NCBI GenBank assembly: GCA_963696385.1
Contig: CAVOKF010000003.1
Location: 704,001 to 768,000 of the forward strand
Length of the DNA stretch: 64,000 nucleotides
Direction of reading: 5' to 3'
Source: an uncultured delta proteobacterium
GTDB taxonomy: Bacteria; Myxococcota_A; Polyangia; Polyangiales; Polyangiaceae
Shown: piece after piece, positions 40,057 through 49,798 of the stretch
Numbering within the stretch: the stretch's first letter is position 1
Layout: the number at the start of each line of letters is the position of its first letter
The notes under the pieces: generated by a model
The model's input: the letters and a program-made list of their open reading frames with translations, nothing else
What the model was told of the DNA's origin: nothing
The model's database searches: none
Program-made: the position numbers and the translations under genes

Positions 40057-41403
40057 ATGATCGCTCCCATCGTCCTGGTCGCCCAGTACAGAGGCACGAT
40101 CGACGTGTCCGACACGACGAGGGTCGACATGCGCGTGTCCCAACCGGCGCTGGTCATCACGGAGTCCTTACCGAACAACCCGCCCAATCCACCACAAAGG
40201 AAAGTCCTCATCGCAGCGGACCTTTCGACGAACCCTGTCGCCCGACTGGGCCTGCGCGACGCCCGGTGGGACTTCGGTTTGAGCTACACCCCCTCTCTGA
40301 CACTTCCGGACGTCGAGCTTGGCTTCAACTCGGAGGGACGGGGGGCCGACAATCCCCCTTTCCTGGCGATGCACAACGTGAACTCGGCGTTCGCATGGCA
40401 CAATCGCTTCACGCGGATAACGATTCGGGAAGCGGCAAGTTACGGCGAACTGCTCGACACACTGCCGGCAACGTCCGTGGCTGCCGCAACACCGGCCAGT
40501 ACGACACAGGGCGGCTCGCAGATGGGTACAGCGCAGGCCGGCCCGCCTTCGATGGCCATGTCGAGCACCTCGCTCACCCAACAGCTGCTCGTGGCGAAGG
40601 CTCTTGCGTACGGCTCGTCGGCCACGACGGCGAGCCTCGCCACCCAAGTCGGACGACGCGCGACTTTGTCGGTGTCGGGTGGCTTCCAAGTCGGTGGCGG
40701 ACTCAACTCGGAGTCATGGACGCAGATTGGATCGGAGCGCGGTCCCAACGCATCCGCGTCGTTTAGCTTCACTTTTTCCCGCCTCGATAGCCTCGGCGTG
40801 ACGGCGTCGGCCGAGGAGATCTACACGACCGTTTGCGCGCAGCTCGGAAACACCGGACCCCCGGTCCTTTGCCAGAAATATGCCCCCGACGGCCAGCTTG
40901 TTGCGACTTTTTCCCACAGGCTATCTCGCACGGCCGGGCTATCGTTCACGGCGGGGGCGGCCGGTTATTATGATGTAACGACCACGGACGAAGAGGAAAT
41001 CGTGATTCAACCCGTCGGAACGGCGACGCTCAGTGGGACCTTCGGCCCTCACGGCACGAGATCCTTTTCGCTGTCGGTCGCACTCGCTCCCTACATCGAC
41101 CCTATCACGGGATCACCCCGAGACCGGATCCAGGGCACGGGAAACCTCTCCGCGCCGCTTCCGAATCGGTTGGCCCTCAATGTAACGGCCGGGGTGCTGG
41201 AATCGGTTCCGTGGCCCACGGCCGACCCCAACCCACTCACCTCGATCACGTGCATGGCCGAGGTGCGAAGGCGCCTCAATCCGCGACTTGATGTCGCGAT
41301 CGGCGCGCAGGTCCTCTGGCAGAGCCAAATCGGCTATCCTAGCGTTGGTTCCGAGATCGGTTACATTTCTGTGTCGGCCACTTCGCCTACCCTCCGTTTC
41401 TAG
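40057..41403 (+). CDS. probable outer-membrane beta-barrel partner of the OPX protein
   Basis: Many amphipathic beta strands (FGLSYTP, SASFSFTF, GLSFTAG), terminal Phe, position between OPX and co-polymerase. Confidence 0.7.
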   Translation: MIAPIVLVAQYRGTIDVSDTTRVDMRVSQPALVITESLPNNPPNPPQRKVLIAADLSTNPVARLGLRDARWDFGLSYTPSLTLPDVELGFNSEGRGADNPPFLAMHNVNSAFAWHNRFTRITIREAASYGELLDTLPATSVAAATPASTTQGGSQMGTAQAGPPSMAMSSTSLTQQLLVAKALAYGSSATTASLATQVGRRATLSVSGGFQVGGGLNSESWTQIGSERGPNASASFSFTFSRLDSLGVTASAEEIYTTVCAQLGNTGPPVLCQKYAPDGQLVATFSHRLSRTAGLSFTAGAAGYYDVTTTDEEEIVIQPVGTATLSGTFGPHGTRSFSLSVALAPYIDPITGSPRDRIQGTGNLSAPLPNRLALNVTAGVLESVPWPTADPNPLTSITCMAEVRRRLNPRLDVAIGAQVLWQSQIGYPSVGSEIGYISVSATSPTLRF

Positions 41404-41446
41404 CCCACAGCCACACGAACACTCGCGAGCCGCGATAGCCCTGGCC

Positions 41447-42991
41447 ATGGTCCAACAAGGTCCCAATTTCGGCGTGGATCGCGGCTTTTCGGACGAAGTC
41501 GAACCGGAAGGATTTAACCTCGAGCGTCTGATCGAACTCGGCGGGTTCATGCTTCGCGCCACGCGGCGACGAATCAAGCTTGCGCTCCTGACTTTCGTCC
41601 TCGTAGCCGCGGCGGGCGTCACCATCGCGGCTACGATGCCGAAGGCGTACGTGGCGCGGGTGAAGCTGCTCGCCCAGCGAGGGTCGGCCTTTCGAGAGCT
41701 GAGTAGCCCCCACCCGGGCATGGAGGCGGCTTACAACCCGACGAAAACGGTGGCCGCACTGATCCTGGGGCACGACAATCTGGTGGCGCTCGCCAAGGAT
41801 TCGAACCTCGTCGAGCGGTTTGAAGCGACGCGTTCGCCTGCCCTGCGGCTCAAGGACCGTCTCATGAGCCGGCTTTTCTCGCCGCCCTCCGCGGAGGACA
41901 GACTCCTGGGAATGGTTTACACGCTCGAGAAGCAGGTGGATGTGACACTCGACGAAGCGAACGTCACGATCACGGTCGAGTGGCCGAACCCGCAAATCGC
42001 GTACGACCTCGTCACACTTGTGCAGAAAAACTTCCTCGAAGCGCGCTACGACAGCGACGTTGCCGAGATCAACGACAGCCTGAGCGTCCTCGAAGACCAC
42101 GCGAAAACAGAGCTGGGGCACGTCGACGCGAAACTCGACGAGTATCAGAAGATCGAAGACGACAGGGCCGCGCGCCGTCGCGCTGCGGAAAAGCCCACGG
42201 CGGCCTCGCAAGTCTTCGTGATGCCTAGCCCCCGGAGCGGCGTTGGCGCTCAATCGTCTTTGCCGACCGATCCCGAACCCGCAAAAGCCCTGGAACAAGT
42301 CAGGCACCACATTCGCTCCCTCGAGGACGACCGGCAGCGCGAGGTGGACTCGGTGAGACAGCAGCTCATGCAGGCACAGCTGACGCTTACGCCCATGCAC
42401 CCGACCGTGATCGCGCTGCAACAGCAGCTCGCGGTCCTCAACCAACCGTCCCCGGAACTCACGCAACTCAGAGCGGACGAGCGCTCGGTCATGGCGCAGA
42501 TTGCGCCGCCGTTGCCGACGCTACCGAGCGTCTCAGTTCCGTCCGCCCCGGCGGCGGCTCCACCGTCGGGAACGAACGGCCTGGGCCTCTTGGCCGCAAG
42601 CGGACCTTCGGACGCGGGCGAGTCCGCTTCAAAGCCCCGCCTCGGGTCCGACAAGGACGCCAAAGTCGAGTTGGCGGAGAGCGAACTGTCGTCGGCGATA
42701 CGAGCCTACGAGGACGTGTTGTCTCGCATCGATTCGGCCAAGGTCGAGCTCGACATCACGCGCGCGGGCTACAAGCATCGCTACACGGTCATCGCTCCCC
42801 CCGAGGTGCCACGGACCCCCAAGAAGGCCACCGCACGGGCTCTTGGCGCCGCGTCGATCATTTTTGCTGCGCTTCTCGCTATTTTGTTGGCGACGGGCTT
42901 GGACATGCTGCCCGGAAAGATCATCGAGCCGTGGCAGGTTCGGCGACGTCTGAAGCTCGACGTCATCGGCGAACTCGATAATCCTTCGTAA
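41447..42991 (+). CDS. polysaccharide co-polymerase (PCP/Wzc periplasmic type, no kinase domain)
   Basis: N-terminal TM plus PKAY, coiled coil with HPTV, VIAPPEVPRTP before C-terminal TM, short tail LDVIGEL. Confidence 0.85.
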   Translation: MVQQGPNFGVDRGFSDEVEPEGFNLERLIELGGFMLRATRRRIKLALLTFVLVAAAGVTIAATMPKAYVARVKLLAQRGSAFRELSSPHPGMEAAYNPTKTVAALILGHDNLVALAKDSNLVERFEATRSPALRLKDRLMSRLFSPPSAEDRLLGMVYTLEKQVDVTLDEANVTITVEWPNPQIAYDLVTLVQKNFLEARYDSDVAEINDSLSVLEDHAKTELGHVDAKLDEYQKIEDDRAARRRAAEKPTAASQVFVMPSPRSGVGAQSSLPTDPEPAKALEQVRHHIRSLEDDRQREVDSVRQQLMQAQLTLTPMHPTVIALQQQLAVLNQPSPELTQLRADERSVMAQIAPPLPTLPSVSVPSAPAAAPPSGTNGLGLLAASGPSDAGESASKPRLGSDKDAKVELAESELSSAIRAYEDVLSRIDSAKVELDITRAGYKHRYTVIAPPEVPRTPKKATARALGAASIIFAALLAILLATGLDMLPGKIIEPWQVRRRLKLDVIGELDNPS

Positions 42992-43091
42992 GGCGCGGGC
43001 GGTGCTCGACTCGTCCGGAGGACCCGTGTAAGAGTTGGTTTGGGCTCGGTGTTTCGCATACCGAGGACAAGACGCTCGTGACGAGGTTCGC

Positions 43092-43610
43092 GTGAAGGCT
43101 GATCAGGCTCCCTCGACAGCCCTGGTGCCGTTGGGTTCGCACCAGTCGGTGAACGTCTGGGACGACGTTCGCCTGCAGAAGCTTTGGCTCGGCGTAGAGC
43201 GGCGTGAATGGCGGTCGCTTGCCGTCATCAGCGCGAGCAAATCGGTCGAGACCATCCAGATCGCTGAACTGCTCGCACAACTCGCCTGGCGGTACCGCGG
43301 TCAGCCGTCCGGGGTTTGCGACTTGCGCGACCTCAGCATGCGCCTCATCGACTACGAGGTTCAGGAGATGCGCGCTCGCCTCGACGAGGGCATGAGGCTC
43401 GTGGTCGCCCTGCGATCGATTTTCGAAAATCCCACGTCGAGCTCGATTGCCAAACAGACGGACGCTGTCGTCCTGTGTATCGCCCTCGGCGAGACGAATT
43501 TCAAAGCTGCCGAAGAGACCATCGCGGCGGTCGGACGCGAGCGCGTCGTCGGATCCATCATTTTGCGACCTCGCCTCGCGAAACGCCGGACTCTGGTGAA
43601 CGGTCGATGA
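43092..43610 (+). CDS. stand-alone BY-kinase-like pseudokinase
   Basis: RSLAVISASKSVETIQIA at the Walker A position (no GKS/T); TDAVVLCIALGET...VVGSII resembles the BYK C-terminus; directly follows the PCP gene. Confidence 0.7.
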   Translation: MKADQAPSTALVPLGSHQSVNVWDDVRLQKLWLGVERREWRSLAVISASKSVETIQIAELLAQLAWRYRGQPSGVCDLRDLSMRLIDYEVQEMRARLDEGMRLVVALRSIFENPTSSSIAKQTDAVVLCIALGETNFKAAEETIAAVGRERVVGSIILRPRLAKRRTLVNGR

Positions 43611-45755
43611 CGGCGGCCCCATTCCGCACGTCGTCGCGCCGGATTGGAAGAACTTGGGGGGTTGCAGCCCTGGGCATCCTGTGCGCGGCTTGCCCCGAAA
43701 CCCCGACGCGCACACCCGACGTAGCCCCGAGCAAGGCGCCGGAGCGGTGGGAGGTCGCCGAGTCGGCGTACGACGGCGCGATCAAGGCCGGGTGGCAAGA
43801 GTCCGGCTCGGCACCCAGAGACCTGAGCGCGGCCGGTCCGGCGAAGATCCACTTCGGTACCTCGGGCGAATGGGTGCTCACCAATCCCGGGCTCGACGGT
43901 CACTACAGCGGGCTGCTCTTTCGCGTCAAGGAGCCGGCCGGCGAAGGGGAGTTTCTGCAGGTTCGCCTTGGCTCGGACGATCGGCGCACCTTCCCCAACA
44001 TTAAGCTGAAGCCTGATCACCGCACGGAGATCGGCGACGGCTGGGCGCAAGTGTTCGTCCCGATGTCGGAGCTGAATCCAGCCGGAGCGCGGTTCGACCG
44101 CCTCATCTTCCAGCCCTTTCGGCCCTTCGCGGACGAGTGGGTGCCGATCGACGGCGTCGGGCTCGCCAAGGCCTCGGTCCCACCGAGCGTGGTCCAGGCT
44201 ACCGGTACCGCCAGCAGCAGCGCCGCTGCACCGAACGGCCGGCGGGTGCGATCTCGGATCGCCTGCGAGACAAAGGCCACCAAGATCAGCCCGTACATCT
44301 ACGGCATCGCCTTCGGCGACGACGGCTGGGACAGGATGCGCGTTACCGCTCGGCGCTGGGGCGGCAATCCGACGACTCGTTACAACTGGGAGACCCACTT
44401 CTCGAATGCGGCCCAGGATTGGTTCTTCGAGAATCGTTCCGGCGGTCCTTACACCGAATTTCTGTCGAGCAGCGCCGCGCATCAGGCCGCCTCCGCGCTC
44501 ACGATTCCGATGATCGGCTGGGTCGCAAAAGACGGAACGTCGTATTCGTTTCCGGTATCGGTGTTCGGGCCCCAGAACAAGACGGACCCGTGGCGTCTGG
44601 ATGCCGGCAACGGAGTCAGTCCATCCGGCGCGAACATCGCGCCTGGACCCCCCACTCGAACCAGTTCGCAAGCTCCCCCGGATTGGGCCAAGCGCTGGGT
44701 CGCGACCATCCGCGCGAACGACGCCAAGGCGGGAAGGCGGAGCGTTTACGAGTACATTCTCGACAACGAGCCGATGCTTTGGCACGCCACGCACCGCGAC
44801 GTCCATCCCGACCCAGTCGGGTACGACGAGCTCCTCGACCGCACCATTCAGTACGCGAGCGCCATCCGAGAAGGGGATTCTGACGCTCTCATCGCCGGTC
44901 CGGCCGAATGGGGATGGTCCGGCTATTTTTACTCTGCCCTGGATCTCGCTGGCGCTGGCCGCCGCGCGGACCGTCTGGCCCATGGGGACGTGCCGCTCGT
45001 GGCCTGGTACTTGCGTAAGCTCCACGAACGCGAGCAGAAGACGGGGACGCGCCTCCTGGACGTGCTCGATTTGCACTATTACCCACAGGCCTCCAACGTG
45101 TACGCAGGCGGCGTAGGAGGCTCGGACCGAGAGACCCAGCTTTTGCGGCTACGCTCCACGAGAAGTCTCTGGGATCCCACGTACGTCGACGAATCATGGA
45201 TCAAGGATACGATTCGCCTCTTGCCGCGAATGAGAGAATGGGTCGACACGAACTATCCTGGCAGAGGGATATCGATCGGCGAGTGGAACTTCGGCGGCGA
45301 GAAGGACATTACGGGCGCTCTCGCAACGGCCGAAGTGCTCGGGCGGTTCGCCCAGTTCGGCGTCACCTCGGCATTCTATTGGACGGCACCTCCTTGGGGC
45401 TCCCCTTCGAGCGTCGCATTCCTCGCCTATCGCAATTTCGATGGAAAAGGGGGCCATTTCCTCGACTGGTACGTCCCAACGACCTCCCCAGAGGGGGTAT
45501 CGCTCTTCGCCTCGCGAGATTCGGAGGGGAAGCACGTCGTCGTCGTGGCCATCAACATGTCGCCCAGTGCGCCGGTCGTCGCCGATCTCGGATCTGATCG
45601 GCTGCGGGACGATCACCTCTTGGCAGACCTACGTGTACGCCAGCGGCTCCCCGGGACTCGCGCTTCAAGCGAGCTCGGTGCCGGATGCCGGGGCCGCGGC
45701 CGAATGGCCGCTGCCCCCGTGGTCGATCGCAGTCCTCGACATCCACCTGCGATAG
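43607..45755 (+). CDS. glycoside hydrolase family 44 lipoprotein (+1 frameshift near 45590)
   Basis: ISPYIYG, RRWGGNPTTRYNW, LDNEPMLW, DVLDLHYYP, TRSLWDPTYVDESWI, ISIGEWN; true C-terminus (LPPWSIAVLDI) lies in the shifted frame. Confidence 0.9.
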
Positions 45756-45770
45756 GGGGGCGTTAGCCAT

Positions 45771-46703
45771 ATGGTTGCAAGACGGCTTCGGACGGCTCCC
45801 CTTGCTCTTGTCCTGCTGCGTTTGAGCCTTGGCTGCGAACAAGGCCACCCCAGTGCGACGCCGTCCTCCCCCGGCTCCTCCCAGGGCGCGTCCTCCTCCG
45901 GTTCCGGCTCCTCGCAGGGCGCGGCCTCCTCCGGCTCCTCCAAGAATGCCTTCTCCGACGCCGCATCCCAGAGCGTCGCAAGTGGTGCAAACGTGATTTT
46001 CTCGGACGATTTTGCGAGCTCGACGTTGAGTGCGAGCTGGATCGCCCTCAGCCGGCACGGCGACTACGGCAACAATGAACTCCAATGCTATGTGCCCGCC
46101 GCCGCGTCTCTGACCGGCGGGGGCTTGGCGATCGAGTCACTGGCCGCCACCCAGACCTGCGGCGACTCAACGCACGCACCAACTCCCTCGGCCTACACCT
46201 CGGGCATGATCCAGTGGACCAACTTTCACTTTACGTACGGAACGGTGGCATTCAAGGCCAAGATGGCCGGTGGCCAAGGCACTTGGCCGGCCATCTGGCT
46301 CCTGGGGGCAAACTGCCAGGCTTCGAACGTGTTAACATCCGACAACGTCGGAAGCTGCGACTGGCCAACCCCCGGCTCGGACGAAATTGATATCACCGAG
46401 ATAGTTAATAGCGATCACGTGCACGTGAACCAGGCGTTGCACAGCGGCGCCACCAACACCAACTGCACGGCATCCACCACGGACGTAACCCAAAATTTTC
46501 ACGTGTACCGCCTCGTGTGGACCGCTCGGTCGCTCGTGTGGTCCATCGACGGAGCCGAGACCTGTACATTTTCGACCGGAGTCCCGTCGACGCCGATGTT
46601 CGTCATCATCAACACAGCTCTCGGCGGAGTAGGGGGCCCCGTGAGTTCCTCTACCCTGCCCCAAACCATGAACGTCGATTACATTACGGTGACCCAGCCA
46701 TGA
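45771..46703 (+). CDS. glycoside hydrolase family 16 lipoprotein
   Basis: Lipobox LSLGC, Ser/Gly linker, YTSG, WPAIWLL, catalytic EIDITE, FHVYRLVW. Confidence 0.9.
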   Translation: MVARRLRTAPLALVLLRLSLGCEQGHPSATPSSPGSSQGASSSGSGSSQGAASSGSSKNAFSDAASQSVASGANVIFSDDFASSTLSASWIALSRHGDYGNNELQCYVPAAASLTGGGLAIESLAATQTCGDSTHAPTPSAYTSGMIQWTNFHFTYGTVAFKAKMAGGQGTWPAIWLLGANCQASNVLTSDNVGSCDWPTPGSDEIDITEIVNSDHVHVNQALHSGATNTNCTASTTDVTQNFHVYRLVWTARSLVWSIDGAETCTFSTGVPSTPMFVIINTALGGVGGPVSSSTLPQTMNVDYITVTQP

Positions 46704-46723
46704 TGGCATCGCGCGCCGCGCGT

Positions 46724-47725
46724 CTACCTGCCCAAGACACTTTTCGCAACCGCAAATCCTCGCGCACCGAGCGCCGCGCGAAGCGCTGAAATCCACAGCA
46801 TCCTCGAGCGCAGTGCACCCAGGGGTGCCTCCAGCGCCGTGGCCAACACGCGGTAGGCGGCCAGCCTTCGGCTGCGATGCGCGGCTTCGTTCACCGCATA
46901 GGCCTCAAAATGCGAGACGAAGGCTCGATCCTGCATGCCTCCGGTCCCGAGCCCGCGCCGCGCCCCTTTCGCGCACGCCTCGCTCAATATGGCCCTCACT
47001 TCCTTCGCGTTCCGGCGAATGCCCGCAAGCGCGACAGACATCTGTTGCCCGTGAACGCGGTAGCCATACAGAGCGAGCGGCGTGTACGCGAATCCACCTT
47101 CGATGGCGAGATCAAGCCACATCGCCAGATCCAGCGCCATCGCGATGTCGCGCCGATATCCACCGCACGCCCGATACGGCGCGGCCCGAATCATCGTCCC
47201 AGAATGGACGGGCCTTGCGTGGCCGTCGAAGATCAATCTCAATGCTTGCGCTGGGCCGCGCACAGTCTCCTCGCCAAACGACCTGTCGACAGTACTCTCA
47301 TTCGGACCGATCAATTCGACGCCGGAAAAACAAAAAGCGACCTGAGGGTGCCGCCTCATCAGGTCGATCTGAGTTGCAAACGCGTCCGGTCGAACAGCGA
47401 GATCGTCGGCGGAGATCACCATGAGAAGCTCGCCGCGCGAAAGCCGCTCCGTACCCTCGATCAACGATCGGGCGAAGCCCGCGTTTTTTTCGTGCGCCAC
47501 GAGCCTGACGCGGGCATCCAATTCCGCGAATCTGCGAACGACGCTTACCGAATCATCCTTCGAGCAATCGTCAATCACGATTAGTTCGAAATCTGAAAAG
47601 CTCTGCGCTAAAATGGATTCTATGCATCCCTTCAAGTAGCGCTCGTAATTGTAATTCAGAACGACGACTGAAAGGGTCGGCGTCGTCTCGCTTTTTCCAT
47701 TCACGTCTCGGTCCGTTTCCGTCAT
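46724..47725 (-). CDS. GT2 glycosyltransferase
   Basis: SVVVLNYNYERYL, ELIVIDDCSKD, ISADD, DLAMWL. Confidence 0.9.
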   Translation of the reverse strand: MTETDRDVNGKSETTPTLSVVVLNYNYERYLKGCIESILAQSFSDFELIVIDDCSKDDSVSVVRRFAELDARVRLVAHEKNAGFARSLIEGTERLSRGELLMVISADDLAVRPDAFATQIDLMRRHPQVAFCFSGVELIGPNESTVDRSFGEETVRGPAQALRLIFDGHARPVHSGTMIRAAPYRACGGYRRDIAMALDLAMWLDLAIEGGFAYTPLALYGYRVHGQQMSVALAGIRRNAKEVRAILSEACAKGARRGLGTGGMQDRAFVSHFEAYAVNEAAHRSRRLAAYRVLATALEAPLGALRSRMLWISALRAALGARGFAVAKSVLGR

Positions 47726-47817
47726 GGCCCCCACATGGTTCGCATCGTCGCTGGACTCGGACGCACCGCGTGCGACCGGCGGACGACTGCCCGAAAGGTC
47801 AGGGCAAGAGCCAGGCA

Positions 47818-48615
47818 TCAATACCACTCCTCCCAACGATCGAAGACGCCGGTCATCAGCGCGGTGAAGATCAAATCTCCGTCGAAGCGCGTGACGAACG
47901 TGCGCGGAATCGTTCCGACTGGACGGGTTTCCTCCGCCTGAGCGTACACGACTTCGTACCCCACTTGGCGAGCTGCTTGCGCCGCTGAGGCCGGCCAGTT
48001 CAGCGATTGTCCGAAGGGTATCGCAAAGGTCTCCACCTTGATACCCAATCGATCTTCAATGACGCGTCTCGACGACCCCAATTCATCCATGATCCGAGGC
48101 AAGTCGAGATGTGTGAAGTCCGGATGGGTGGCCGAATGACTGCCGACTTCGACCCCCGCGGCGATCAGACGCTCAAGGTCCCGCCAACCGAGAAACACGT
48201 CATCGCCCCAAGGTCCCTTGCCGTCCGACCAATCCGAAACCACAAACAGCGACCATGGTATATTGTAGTCGGCTAGAATCGGCGCGGCGTTGCACATGAC
48301 GCTGCGGAGCCCGTCGTCGAAGGTAATCGCCACGTCCTTGGGGCCGCCGCCATCGCGCGCCAGATCCGAAGCGGGAACGAACCGCAGCCCAGCGCCAAGA
48401 GCCAGTTCGATGTGCCGTCTGAAGTGAGCCGGGCTGACGTCGTTCACGCCAAAGAGCGGCTGACCGACCGAATGGTAACAAAGAATCCTCCCGACTTTTC
48501 GTTCTCGCCGCCTACCCCACAAGGCCAGGGCATTGCGCTCGCAATACATCCGAGCGCTGGCCACATGCTGTCGCCGGAGACCCGTTTTACGAATCAGACC
48601 CGTCAATGTCTGCAT
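47818..48615 (-). CDS. polysaccharide deacetylase (CE4/NodB)
   Basis: ILCYHSV, ITFDDG, EVGSHSATH, FAIPFG. Confidence 0.9.
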   Translation of the reverse strand: MQTLTGLIRKTGLRRQHVASARMYCERNALALWGRRRERKVGRILCYHSVGQPLFGVNDVSPAHFRRHIELALGAGLRFVPASDLARDGGGPKDVAITFDDGLRSVMCNAAPILADYNIPWSLFVVSDWSDGKGPWGDDVFLGWRDLERLIAAGVEVGSHSATHPDFTHLDLPRIMDELGSSRRVIEDRLGIKVETFAIPFGQSLNWPASAAQAARQVGYEVVYAQAEETRPVGTIPRTFVTRFDGDLIFTALMTGVFDRWEEWY

Positions 48616-48642
48616 GTCGGCGCTCCCTGGCGCGGGCGGTCC

Positions 48643-49587
48643 CTAGGCATCGAGCTTTCCGGTCTCCCCCATGCGACGAAGCTTCGCACCGTCGACGTGG
48701 CCAACGTCCCCGGGGAGCCGCAGGCCATCGTAAAAGCCCTTGAGATGCGCCGCCCAATGTCGTATCCCGCGCGGTCGCTCGAGCCGGGCCATTTGAGCGA
48801 GCAATTTCCACGTCATCTCGCCGTGCTCGAGCGCGAAGTAGCCAGCGGCTCGCACGTCTCCGCGACGCACAAAGCGCCCCCAGTTCACACCGAGCCCATG
48901 GTCGTATTCGACGAAGAGTCTCAACGCATCCGAGTGCGATCGAAATCCATTGGTATGTATGACTTCGATATCGGGGTCAGCTATCCATTTGGCACCGCTT
49001 GCAAACACTTTGTAGGAGAGCGACGAGTCGTTGCTCTTTACCGCAGGGCGATTGGGCCCGAGGAGTTCATCGAAGCCGCCAATTCGACACAAAAATGCCT
49101 TGCGAGCGCTCATGTTGGCGCCCGCGCTGACCATCGCAACTCGACGTCGGCCGCGCTGTCGCTGCCAATCGAACGACGGCAGAAACTCAGGATACGATCC
49201 GCTTTGGCTCTCAGCACCTGGCGGCGCCTTCAGCTGTCCGAAGATGAACTGCAAGTTCGAATCTCGCTCGAACGCCACCAAGATGCGCTCGATCCACGTG
49301 GGCTGTGGGCAGCAGTCGTCGTCCAGAAACGCAACCAGGGGCGCCTGCGCGATCGCCGCGCCGAAATTTCGGGCAGGACACGCGCCCGGCCGCGGCATGC
49401 GGTGATGCTGAAAGCGCCCGTCCTGCATCGCCTCGACCACGTTCAAACTGTCCTTGGTGTCGCTCTGGTCCATGGCAAGAACCTGAACGTCTCGGTCCGC
49501 AGCAGCGACCCGCACGGCTTTCAGGCATTCCGCCAGATGCGTTGCGCGATTGCGGGTGGGGATAACAATCGAGATCGTCGGTGCCAT
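48643..49587 (-). CDS. GT2 glycosyltransferase
   Basis: SIVIPTRNR, ARNFG, AFLDDD, GANM, GGFDELLG. Confidence 0.9.
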   Translation of the reverse strand: MAPTISIVIPTRNRATHLAECLKAVRVAAADRDVQVLAMDQSDTKDSLNVVEAMQDGRFQHHRMPRPGACPARNFGAAIAQAPLVAFLDDDCCPQPTWIERILVAFERDSNLQFIFGQLKAPPGAESQSGSYPEFLPSFDWQRQRGRRRVAMVSAGANMSARKAFLCRIGGFDELLGPNRPAVKSNDSSLSYKVFASGAKWIADPDIEVIHTNGFRSHSDALRLFVEYDHGLGVNWGRFVRRGDVRAAGYFALEHGEMTWKLLAQMARLERPRGIRHWAAHLKGFYDGLRLPGDVGHVDGAKLRRMGETGKLDA

Positions 49588-49798
49588 GGGAATGTCGCGA
49601 TTTCAGTCGCTTCGAGACAAGCCGATCGTTGGCTAGCCTAGCACGCTTACAGCCCTGTCGTCGCTCGCGAGAATCGGTCCCTCCTCACGTCCGAGAGAGC
49701 CTCCCGACCGTGGGTCACGAGCTCGCGGCGCGAGAAGGTGCCCGGGGACTGCACCCGGACGTGGTCGGCGCGAAGGAAGGGCGATGAGCGACGGGTGC

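Noticed and set aside
43361..45076. 571-aa minus-strand ORF
   Set aside because: Antisense shadow of GH44.
45855..45945. Tandem TCC/GGC-rich repeats
   Set aside because: Explained by the Ser/Gly linker of the GH16 lipoprotein.
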